DNA of 64,000 nt, from positions 248,001-312,000 of the forward strand of contig JAQGDQ010000008.1 of the NCBI GenBank assembly GCA_030141605.1, read 5' to 3'. Position 1 is the first letter of the stretch. The number at the start of each line of letters is the position of its first letter. The notes under the pieces are model-generated. The model ran no database searches and was not told the origin of the DNA. It saw nothing but the letters and a program-made list of their open reading frames with translations. Shown one piece after another: positions 1-12,400 of the stretch. The DNA is from Tubiluchus corallicola. Lineage: Eukaryota; Animalia; Priapulida. Position numbers and translations under genes: made by a program.

Positions 1-416
1 ACGTACCCTAAATATCTCACAACTTGATAGAATAATCTGAAGACTTCAGTCTTGTGACATTTTCCTAAGCCTTACAACCTTCAAATTGCGGCGTTCCAAA
101 AGAGTACGCCATATTTTCGAATCGTAATTTACAAACATTTTCTTTGTGTGTCTACTTTACATAACAATTAAAGACATATTACCCGCCATAAAACTAGTCT
201 GTCGAAGTTAATGTCAAGTCAACATGTTATTCTCAGTTTGACCTTGGAGAAATTAATACCTGTCGTAAAAGTAACAATTAATGCTGTTGTTATATGTTCA
301 GGTTTTCTTTTAAAAGTAACTACCACGGGCTGTGAATTGCCTTATCTGCAGGTAGCCTGAATATCAACATGTTTTAATGGGGGCGAAACTTCTTCCGATT
401 TTGCGCAACAAGTAAG

Positions 417-462
417 ATGGGAAACGCCAACGCCCGCCCTTTGGACGCCCTGCAAATGAGAG
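417..462 (+). CDS. FBXL7: Putative FBXL7 first coding exon (MGNANARPLDALQMR), Met-Gly N-terminus
   Basis: AAGATGG start context, in-frame upstream stop at 375-377, strong donor AG|GTAAG at 462/463, phase 1; resembles the short MGANNG... first exon of vertebrate FBXL7 as recalled. Confidence 0.65.
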
Positions 463-3400
463 GTAAGGTCCACGCTTTGATTTTTCTAATTTAGTTCATG
501 TCAGGGCTTTTTAATCTTTACCCACGTCGACACTATGGCGTTAAGTCGCGTCTGTTTGTTTGTGTGTCTCCACACAATAGAATTAAAACGGGTAACGCTA
601 TAATCACCAAACGTGGCACAAGAATACATCTGGACAATACATGTAAACCTATTGATATCTGGTTAAAAATGTTAAAACACAAGATTCCAATGTCAAAATA
701 GTAAATTTTTGCCCGTAGCAACTTCGTGTGAAAGCGTGGCTATATCGAATGCACTTTAGTCTTGTGAACTACAGGCCATTTTGAAATACGCACATAAGCT
801 CACAAACACAACATTTTCACACACAATAAACGTACGCAAAGAATAAAATAATCTTACGCTTCTCGCTCTTTTCTAACAGAAATTGATGACCACCCCTCAA
901 CGACTGTGATAATTCAAAACTTTTTAATTTGTTATCTGACCCTTCTATTGAAGCCCCTTTACAGACTTAAGGGATCCACGACCCAATTTAGGAACCTCTG
1001 GCTTAGTTACTTAGTTTGAAGTGGGCTATGATGACTTCACGTCTAATGTGGTGAATATGAAAAACATTCTTTGTTACAGTTATTGAATAGTGACTATTAT
1101 AATTGTTTACTATCTGATCACTGATCATAATTCACACAAAATTTGCCAACACTGCAAAAATATATCTCAGTTTTTCAGCAGATTAGTACAATATGCTAAT
1201 CACTCGGTCGTTATAAGGTTTCATTGGGATATTCATTATACTGAACGATTCAATTTCGTTTTGAATTTATCTGGCAATAAATAAGTTAATCGTTCTTTAA
1301 AGTTATGAGGAAATGTTCATACTACTAACCTTATTAAATATGACTGATGATTAATAGCCATATTTGAAAATTGCATTTCTACTACGTTTCGACTTCCACT
1401 TAGAATCCACTAACTTTTTTAATTTTTTAATTTATATCAGTACACAGTAACTATTTCTGAGCACTGTTTCAGAGCCCAGAATTTATTAGAAAGGCATTTT
1501 TCTTTATAACTTTTGCACTATTATGTTTTTGCTTTGTCGTTCAATCACGATTGTTTTAGTTAAACAAATCTGGCACGACCAGTGCAGGAACAACTGAACT
1601 TTAAGGTTCATTATCCGATGATGTGCGTGATATTGTCAGCATCACCACTAACTCGTAAGTTGTCGTAATAATCATTTTATTATTGTCGATCCGATCTTTA
1701 TTCTGTTTTGAACCGTAATCTTGCTGTTAACCCATAAGTCTTCAGTACTTGTTCCCTGTCAGAGGGTTAACTTGGCAACATCGCACAGACACACACTAGA
1801 AAGCAGTAATTGCAGAGTCAACCGTTGGTCTCTGTGTACATATAAAATATTTTTGTTTAATCTTTTCTAACATCTCCGCAAGAATTATAATCTGGTAAGA
1901 GAGAGAAAGATAAGCCTTATGAACCTACGTGCTTTCTTTATCTATAAGCCAAAGAAGCAACAACATGGCGTAGCAAATCAGGTTTTGAGTATTTGTTGTT
2001 CGGGTTATGTGTGTAGTGTATTGTGTAGAAATACTATAAGAAACTTGTATACCACATAGTTCATTCATTGCTGTAGATCGTCTGCGCAGCGGGGGTCATA
2101 TAATCATCTCAAAATATTCTTATCTTGGCTGATTATGTAACGAGAAACTCATGGTTCTAACTCCATATATTTGCATCAGTTCATTTAGTCCACTGACTCC
2201 ACTCATGCACGGCTTTATCAAGCCGAAACACGTCGTTTCTACAGAGACATTTGACTACTATGTCATCAGAACTGAGTCATCATTTATTCATTGTGTAACA
2301 CCTCATACCTATAAATCTATGTAATAATGTAGTCGAGGCTCGATGCAGCTGATCTCGTCTATTAATTTCATGCCATAAAGTCCAGACAAAATCATTGGCG
2401 AAGGCGAAGAGCAAGCAACACACAGTTAACATAAACCGTATTTATCGCGCAATTCGGCTTTAATTATCAAACCTCACCCTGCTACAGATTTATGCCTTTA
2501 TCTCAAACAAACTAAGTCATATTTTATTATGCACGTAATTTGAATTTAGCCGTTTGAGGCCAAATAACTAAACCAAACTAAATTTAACTAAACTATAAGT
2601 AAACAAACTGAGCTTTTTAAACATGAAATTTATTTATGTAGATTTTATTCTACAATAAAATGTCAATTCAATTTAAATCTCATTTAATTCATAATTGCAG
2701 TCTTCTCTTTATCGTAAAGATAACAATATGATGCCTGTGCTTGTTTATAATTCTAAGTGAGCCAATATAATTAAAACAACATTTGCATAACAACTACTTT
2801 TCTTGCTGAAACTCTGCAGTTTTTAGTCCTTTAAACCAAACGGTTATTTTTTTCTACTTTTAGTTCTAATCATTTAGTTTAGTTAGCGCAAAAGCAGTTT
2901 TTAAGAACCAAAGAATCTAAACCAAAAAGAGTCAATGAGACGTGAAGAATAAATGTTTGAGAATTTGGGATTTAACCAGACAGCTTTCAATATTTCAATT
3001 GCCACTCATTTGTGAAGCAAATAACTGCTCACAAATCATTCCTACATGATCACTGAAAATACTTCCTATTATCTTTTCAGATAGGCAGTTATTATATCAC
3101 GTGGCGCAGAAAAAATGTGCCGAAGTTTAGACTACATAGACTAGATTAATGTGGTACATTAACGTTTTGCTGTGAAAGTTACAAGTTTATGGTTTCAGTA
3201 ATTTTCAAGTTATGCCTGAAAAGTTTTCGCATATTAAAACATCAAATGTCGGAATGTCAGCTATAATCATCAACTGAAAAACAGTCTCGCTGACCTATAA
3301 AACACTCAGTACATGATAGCAAACAATGAAGAAATCAACCAGTTTATATCGTGGTCCTTACCAAAGAAAATAAAGCACCGATAAAGAAAAACGGGACTTA

Positions 3401-6400
3401 ATCCTTTATATTACAGTATCTGGAATTCCCTTCAAGAAAAAGCGCTTGAATGGCCGCACGGAGCCGTTTTGGTGCAAAAAAACTAATAATAAAAATTGTT
3501 GACTGCTGGGACCCCCAATACCTCTTAGAGAAGTAAGAAACTGTATCAGCTATTGAAAAAAATGCTTCAGTGAACATAGTGGAAACACAGAATACTTGCA
3601 GTAAATTTTAGCAATAGTAGCACGATATTTTTCCGGCATTTATTTTTTTGGACTTGTTTTAAAACCTCGTTTTAAGCATCGCATCTCCTCTGCATCAAAC
3701 GGCTCTGTGCGGCCGTCATACACTTTCTATTTAAGGAAATTCTAGACTCCATGATCCAAATAATTAAGTCCCATTTTTTCTTGACAACAAATCTTAATCA
3801 GTGCTTTATTTTCTGTGGTGAAACTATGACGTAAGTTGGTTGATTTCTTTATTGTTTTGCTGCCATATATTGAGTGGTTTATACGTCAACATGGCTGTTT
3901 TTCAATTAGTGATTAGCTAACATTGTTCCAACATTTAAATTTTTAGAATGCAAAACTTTTTCGGCCATAACTTAAAAATTGCTAAAATTATAAACTTGTA
4001 GCTTTCGCAGCCAAAAGCTAACCTATTATAATATCACGCCGCGAAATTTCAACTTTCTAGGACACGCGTTTCTAATATCATTATAGTCTAAAGGTTTGTG
4101 CCATTTAAAGCGCGGAGCTTTGAACGATTCAGTTTTAACACAGCATGGTAAACTAAAATACCCTTTTCTCTAAGCATGAAAATGACGTGACAGTAATAAC
4201 AGAACAATACAAAACTATTTTACTTATAACTGCAGAAACTGGGTTTGTATATTTTTCGAGGCCTCCTGCGTCACCCGCGTTTCAAGGCTCGTTTTTTCTA
4301 TTAATTTAACATATGAACGTCCTTGATAAGAATAGTAAGTACCCAAATTCTCAAGTGCAGAGAGGAGGCTCAAAGTGCTTTTGTATTGTGAAAGTACCAC
4401 CCTCGTATTCCTCAGCAGCCGCTGTACCGTTCCTAATTATCATCGCGCATTGACTTTTCAATTTTTTTCGAAAGTTTAAAAAGTCACATCCACTTTCTGC
4501 ATCCATTCTAGGCTAATCTCTTGGCTCCTTTCACTATTCAGAACCTAAACTAGGTAGCTGGGACAATTATGGCCAGCTTAAGCCCAATATGGAGGGATTT
4601 GTGTGGAGATTAGCTTAAAGTCAGAATTACACAACGCCTTCTATCAAAAGCCAACATGGTAGCTATTCACTGCTTGAAAGCTGAAGTGGAAAAAAAGCAA
4701 AGAAACTTTCACCCATCCACTGCCCGGTAGTAGGTGGACCGAGGAGAGGAATGAGTGTTTGAACAACATGTCTTAAAATTACCCATGCAAGATAATTTAA
4801 TTAACTGATCACTTCCTGATTCAAGCAGTAAACTGACGTTTTAAAGAGTCTTATTTAAGAGAGAAACACCTTTGAGGCTGTGCAAATTTTTCTTACTCTT
4901 AAATCACTAACGACACCATCTATTGGTAATCAATAAAATGTGCACTACCAGAACAACCGATGTATCATATTTTTCATACAGTTTGTCACACTGCAGGCTG
5001 CATACAAGATTTATCGACAGGGCTTTACTACTAATGTTGAGTGGTTTTGACAGAACTGGTATCTAACTAATTATCAAGGACATCCTCTAAAATAAGTCAC
5101 TAATTCAGCAAAAGTATCTCAGCCATGTTTGTACGTAAACACATTATCCCTAACGAAATAAGCCTGGAAGAATCAGTAATGAGCAACGACAAGCTGATCA
5201 CCCCCATTCGTTCACTGACCAGCATGGCTATAGTACTAATGCCCACCGGTAACTGTCACTAAGCACCCATTCGGTCAACTGGGTTATTTCCCTCCCGCAA
5301 CTTTCCACAGTTTTCCAAAACTACATAAAGCAGCATTTCTAACATTTACTTAACCAGCTCTAGCGTTACTTAACTTGTGGAAAGACCACACACGCTATGT
5401 CTGCGTAAAATACTGCCCTCGAAAATTTTACAGAGAAGGCTAAACGAAATGGCTAGGAATAATAAATACAGTGAAATCACATCAAATCAAACTTTATTTG
5501 AAGTCGGGTTTTACATAAACATAAAAAACACTAGCTCCTAAGAGCTATTAAGCAACTCATATAACAAAACTAATCTACTGAAACAAAATAATGTTTAAGT
5601 GGTAAAAAGAGTTTACAATTATAGAATTATACAATTACAGTATATGTACCACACTTAATTATACATGGTGTCATTAACAAACTATCGAAAATCCAAAATC
5701 CAGTCAAAATCAATATCAAAACTTGTATTCTCCTCGAAGCAAGATGTCAAAACATTGTAAAACAGTTAAGTGTTGCATTAAATGTGACTTTGACTTGTTT
5801 CAGTACCTTTATTCCACATGTTCTTCGTGTTTGAAGTTTTAACCTTTGGGCAATTTAACTGTGTTAATATTCAGCTCAGCGTAGAGAGTAAACTTATTAA
5901 TTTGTCCTGACAAGCGATCTTTTATTGAATCTCATTCGCTGTGAAAATTAACGAAAATGTTCTTGAATGGTCTACATGCAATTTGCGCAACGAAATGTAT
6001 TAAAAGTACTATTACAGTTAGCGTGACAGTTCAAGTTACTTTTTGGCAGTTTTCAGTATTTCTGTTATTTCAGAACTGTAAATTTTGATTGCTGAAAACA
6101 TTTCTATTTCGTTGAAACTCTAAAAATATTTTTTTCTTTGCAAGCACGTGCGCATTAGATAAGGCAAGAAGTGAGAGTGCTATTATTTTTTATCACATTT
6201 ATAGAAGTACATATCATTATGGAAAAAAATAGAAACTCCTCTATACTATGAAAATTATAATACAATCTACGAAAAATATTTACATATACATATATACTTT
6301 TTAATGATCTGTCTTTTGTAATTGTTTTGTGTCTGGGCGCAATTATTCATTATGCATATACGCGCCCAGACACAAAACAATTACACAAGACACATCATTA

Positions 6401-9400
6401 AAAAGTACATTACACAGAAGAATAAAACAGAACAGAAGTTACAGACTTAAAAGAGATAAAAAATGTTGATTGCATAATATAAAACATAATCTGTTCCAAT
6501 AGGTCCATATGTACTATGATATGAAGAGTAAATATGCAGTTTATCAATTATATCATTAACAGTGAACTGCTTATTCTATAAAAACAGTATTAAAAAGGAT
6601 TTCCACTTCATGCATCAACTATGGAAACGACTTGTCTTAAGAACTGTTTGGAGATGAGAACTGAACCAATAAAAGTATATGAACTAGTGTCAGACGCTTG
6701 TGTAATCTATAATCAGAATGAAACGACGCCTTACCACGCCTATTTACATTTCATTTAGAAAATTTTCTCTTATGGATTGTACCGCTAACATTAAATGTGT
6801 ATGCTATTCTCTTATTTCTTTCTAAGGAGTCCTTGCTTATGAGAAATAGCCTTCACTTTTATGAACACGCACTTATGAAGCTGTCATTCTGTATTATACA
6901 AAAACTGTAACTGTAGGCCTAACACAATAGCATTATATTTTCATAATATCGCACACACAACTCAAGCTTTCAGCATCTGTGATTCCTCAGTCTATAAAAA
7001 CTCACCACAATGCACTATTGTAGTTTGAGTTTTTGAGAGAAAGTATTGGCGAAAATTTACTATGAATCGTTTTAGGATGAGTTTCACGATTCGGTTATTG
7101 GTAGTGCACACGCCCACTGTACAGACGTTTATCCATAGCGAATGTCTTTACTAGTTTCCAGTACAAATTATTGTTAGAGAGAAAAAGTCACACAAAATGG
7201 TTAAAAAAGAACTCATTGGAATTTGTGGTGTTGTTGTGTACGGCAGGAAACACTAAGGCCTACATGACAAAGAAGCAGGCCATTTAAATACAGTTGCTTC
7301 GTTTCGGTCAATATCGTTAAAAGATCATGTCGCTAGATTTCTCTTCATATGGTTCACCATCTTCCTCATGGACATAACAGTGGATTTTTCGTCAATCTCG
7401 ACCAGTCCTCTATTAACCCAGATTTCTAACCAAGAGTTGTTGTGTTTCTTGGGATCGTTTCATTGTCAAGCGTGTATGCTATGAACTTATGTGTGAACTG
7501 CTTCTAATAATGACAGCAAGACGAAATAAGCACTCATTAGCTAGTCATTGAAACAAGTCTAAAAACACTGTACATGCACCTGTCATGACAAGAAACAACA
7601 GACTAATGCTGTTTTGACTTGTGTTGTTGTTTGGCTAATTATACTAATTATAGTATCTAGAAGGGTGAAAACTAGAGCATTTTGATGTAGTTTGGTCTGC
7701 AGACTGCCTCAAGATGTGATCTTTCTTCAGGTGTGTGTATGGTGTCTACATATTTGGCGCACGTTATTTGTGTCTTGTCTGTAGTAATAACGTAAGTTCG
7801 TGCTACCTTAGAACCTTATCATTGAAAATTGAAAACTGTACATTATCTTGAGTTAACATATTTTTGTATTTTCAAATGTTGTGATTTGCATATGGCCAAT
7901 GTCGTTTAGATGTTCAGCCAGAGATTCTGAAATTGGAAAATTTTTCTATCCTTTGTTCTTGTAGAGGCACTTGTAAGGGAAAGTAAACGCTACTTTTCTA
8001 ATTTTATATATTGCTGTTTGAAGTTTTCTACATTCCTGCTTAGGCAGTTCAAAATTTGGAGGCGAAATTTTAATCGGCAAAATGCAACTGTAAAATCTTG
8101 TAGGGAAAACGGCAGTATTAATCAGTAGGCCTCACGATTATCACCCTTGTAATTGTATATACCGTTAAGCCTAATCCTGCAGCAAATAGTCAAGTTCGTC
8201 AAGCTGCATAGTTCTTCGTTTATAATCCATCGGGTTCTCTTGCATTCGACCTTTAGAAGGTTCAACAATGAGATGTCCGCAAAGTGCACGCAAAATATTA
8301 TCAGAATATAAAATTTATGATGTTAGTGAACGATAATAACAAATCACCCGACAGCAACAACCCGACAAAACAGTCAGAAACAAAAGCATTTTTCAATTTT
8401 AAAAACGGCGACGTACAGCGAAAATGCGAAACAATAATTAACGTACGCATTTTTTCACAACGTGGCCCACGACTCTTGGCCACAGAAAGGCTAGGGACGT
8501 GTCGTAATAGTGCATTGATGTAAGACAGTGCTCGAGGGGTTGACAGAACGTGAGAAAACTTTAACCGCTTGTCAGTTAACAAAGTTAAATGACGCACAAC
8601 TATGAGTTTACTAAAATCAATCTCCCTAGACTCAACAGACAACAGTGATAAACGGAAGGAAAATAGGTTGCTCGACAGACCACCACGCATGCGCTAGGTA
8701 ATTCTTTCACTACTGTTTGCTAAAAATTTTCTATTTGTGGCGAGTCATCTGGGCCAGCAACTACCTGCTAGTTAACCTTGATTTGTTAACAGTGAATATA
8801 ATTAGTAAGTTCTATCATTAGTAATTATACTATTGCGCCACACGCCCATTACTAAACGACTCTAGCTGTTGCTTAACCTTGACGAATGGGGTATTATAAT
8901 AGTAGACAGGTCTCATTACTGCTTGTATTTACTTGACTTGTCAACTTGATTACAAAATATTGCGTACGTTATGAGGTAGTTTATGACACAAACCCTCACT
9001 CTATTAGCATTGAAGGTTTAGATTCACTCTTACTGAAACCACTCATCTTTGTTGTCTCTGTTGTGCATCACGCATTGAATTTTTTGCCGTTTAAATGAAA
9101 AAACTCGGAATTGCGAAGGATTACTACTGACAGTAGCATCATCACGTTTTGTAAGTACAGCATGGTGTACGAGAAGAAACAAAGACTGAGGTGCTGTTGA
9201 AACTGTCATGTTACGAGAGTTAGAGGGGGGAGGAGTAGCTGAGTGTCACTGTATGTGCTCGGCAACCGACGTGAGTAAGTAGGCGAGTGACCACCAGGAA
9301 AACTGTATCTGAGCGCTTTCATTTACTTTGATGATAGTGGATGCATACACATCTGGACATGGCCAAAACACCTCTGTTTGTTCAGTGTCTCAGCTTATCT

Positions 9401-12400
9401 TCGAAGCTTATCCTTAATAATGAGCTAGATTTCAGTTCCGCCACATCCATGTCCGCTAGGTTTACTTAGTCATAAAAAGCTGGATCACAACATGCAAGAT
9501 GTTGAAATTATTTAAAAAGTGTGTTGATTCTATTCAATCAACAGTATTACTGTAATACATTCAGCTAATAGATATGTCTGAAATTGCTATTACTTTAGAT
9601 ATTCTCAGAAAAGCGGGCCTTTAAATCTTAGATTTCACGTCTGTCGGTACAAACTTTTGCCGGCAAATTCTTGTGTATATGTATTCAAGTTTTTAAGCCC
9701 AAAAGTGTTATATCTTTTTAAAAACATTTAAGACTTGTAACAGATTCAGATCAGCAGTATCCATTATCAATGGTGTAAAAAATTAGAATACACTAATCTA
9801 GAACTTTCGAAAAAAAATATAAAACGTTTTATACAAAAGTTTGTCCCGGTAGATATTACCACTTGAGACTTATCAACTGGTGTTTCGTTTACTAACAACA
9901 CCTAAAATTCTTATACACACAAAATGTTATGAAGTCTTTAATTAGTGATTTTATAATGGATTAGAAATTAATTAAACACCTGGGGCATTTTACAGATACG
10001 AAGAACAGCAGTTTTTCTGTTGACTCGGACTACGCTACAAGTGAAGCCAGCACCTGCGTGGAATCAGCTTTCTCTCAGTACAAACCTGTAGTTATCATGA
10101 AAAAGAAGAAGCGAAGTCCTTACACAGGTATGCCTAGTGGGATTTTAAGACGTCATGACCCTTTGACCCTTAACTTTTCAGATCCTTGTTCATGTCAGCT
10201 AGAAACGACGTTCAAGTAGCAATAGTTTCAGAAAATTTGGCGACATTGATTCTTTTCCAGATATTAATTAAATTAATTTGGCCAGTGTAAAAAAAATCGT
10301 GACCACTTCGTTTGACGTAAGACATTTTTGTTCTGTGACATTTTATTTTGACCTATGATTTTCAATGAGACGAAGAAAATAAACCGAGTGTTCAAGGTGT
10401 ATTTTGCAACCGAAGTTAACGAACGACAAACCTGGTTAATGAACGGATAGAAGGGCACTAGCATTATTGCTTCTAGGCGACTTGCTCTACATTACTACCT
10501 CGTTGAGGGAGGCAAGTCGGAACATGGCTAGTATGAGTCTGCTAGCTCACTGTCTCAGCTTAGAGGATTACCCTTGATAATCAGCTATATTCTGATCTTA
10601 CAGCAACCATTTAGTATTAAATATAAATTTTTCTGTTATTATAGAGTGCCGAACGCCGACTTGCTGTGCTGAGCTTTAAAAATAAAATAAAATAAATAAT
10701 CCTCATTTAAAGTAGTAAGAGGTGTTTCAAGATGTAATAATATAAGTTTGGTACATTTTGTGAAACAAACTTCCGTAAACAGAAAAAATAATTGCATCAA
10801 ACAGGCAAATGGAAAATACCATTATAACAATCCGCCCACACACACATGCACACCTTTGCTAGATTTGTTGGGAATACAAAATACAAAAAATAGCATCTCC
10901 TTTATACTTCCACGTTTTTTTTTCTTTGATGCGGCGTATTTTGCTTTGCTAACTGCTTCTGATGCTCTTTTATATTAACACTTTTCTTTCAATTGGCTTA
11001 ACTCGCCAATTCCATATTTGCATTCGAATTTAAACCTTCTTTACATGAACATCTGTTAATGTACATTTTATTGCCTATTACGGTTTTAAGTTGTTTTTAT
11101 GTCGTTTTTATACTTAATTCTTACAGAAGTTTAGTTTTCAAAGTCACTAAACGAGTTCCTTAAAACGAAGCATCTCTTAACTGTGAAATGATGGCCGTCA
11201 TAAAATTCAGTTCTCTTTGTCGAATAGTCACGTTAACGTGATTATCTCTTTTACAGTCCGCTTTATTGGTTTTTAGTCTGTTAATTGTGGTTTCTGACTT
11301 TTATTTTAGGTAGGTCTATAATCGCCGCCTATATCCTACATTGTGTTTGGTTGCAATCAGAAATTAAAATTCTCTTATAGGTGGTTGCCACCCAAACACT
11401 TATAAAATTATATGAGTGTCTGATTACAAAAAGGAACGTTTTTATATTTTGGGTTCGATGAACTGCAAATCTCCTAAGCTCTTGTCTTTGGGTGTGATCT
11501 ACGGTTTTATGGCATTGCGTGGTATCGAAAGTACTACAGCAAATGCTTTTACACTTTTACTATCACACCCGCTAGACATCAGTTACCTTTCTCTCATTAA
11601 AAAAGTTGGGAGAGATTTCTGCGTGTGTAGCGGTAAAATAGAAAATGTAAGACGACGTCAAAGCGCCCGAAAAACAAAAAATAAATGAAAAACCTTTTCA
11701 AACTTATGTCTGTACGTCTACAAAATCATATAATTAACGTGTGGAATCAGTGAACATTACTGCACTTCTTTTAAAGCATGTCAGGTTATTTTATGTATAT
11801 ATGTTTTATGTTCCAGTAGCTAAGAAACGTTGAAATAAAAATTATAAAACAGCAATTTTATTTCGAAATTGGCAGTCGATGTTTCATTTCTGGGTATAAT
11901 AATAAACAAAAAAACACAACTTTATTAAAAACGTCTACATTAAAAAGTTAAAATGTTAAAATCATGCCAAACGTTTCGACTAACTGCCGCTATAATCATC
12001 ATAGCAGCAGCTAGTCGAAACGTTTGGCATGATTTTAACTTTATAATGTAAAACTTTTTCATAAAGTTGTGTTGTTTTTAACTATAAATGTTTTTATGTG
12101 CCTGTAATAAATTGGCTTCATATAAAAATGATCTTTAAACTGCTAAATAACTTCAATGAAATTTGGCAAAAACTTTTAAAATAAGCAGTCATTTCTTCCG
12201 ACGTAGACTTACTCAAAATTTTCCCTGAATGAAATTAATTAAAATACGACTATCTTCCGCACTCGTATTTACCCGTTTTGTGACACACCTTAAAGCTAAT
12301 TTAATATTTTTGCCCGTAAGGTTTGACTGATTATTTTTCGTGTAATCCTTAGAGATTTTAGTGTTTATAAAGCTGGCGATGCTGCGTAATAAAGTTTCAT

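Noticed and set aside
7731-7791. AG...GTAAGT-bounded segment with ATG
   Set aside because: 61 nt and ends in phase 2; incompatible with the phase-1 FBXL7 exons.
10182-10219. Acceptor 54 nt after the 9996 exon giving DPCSCQLETTFK*
   Set aside because: Reaches a stop with no compatible donor; could only be a minor truncated form.
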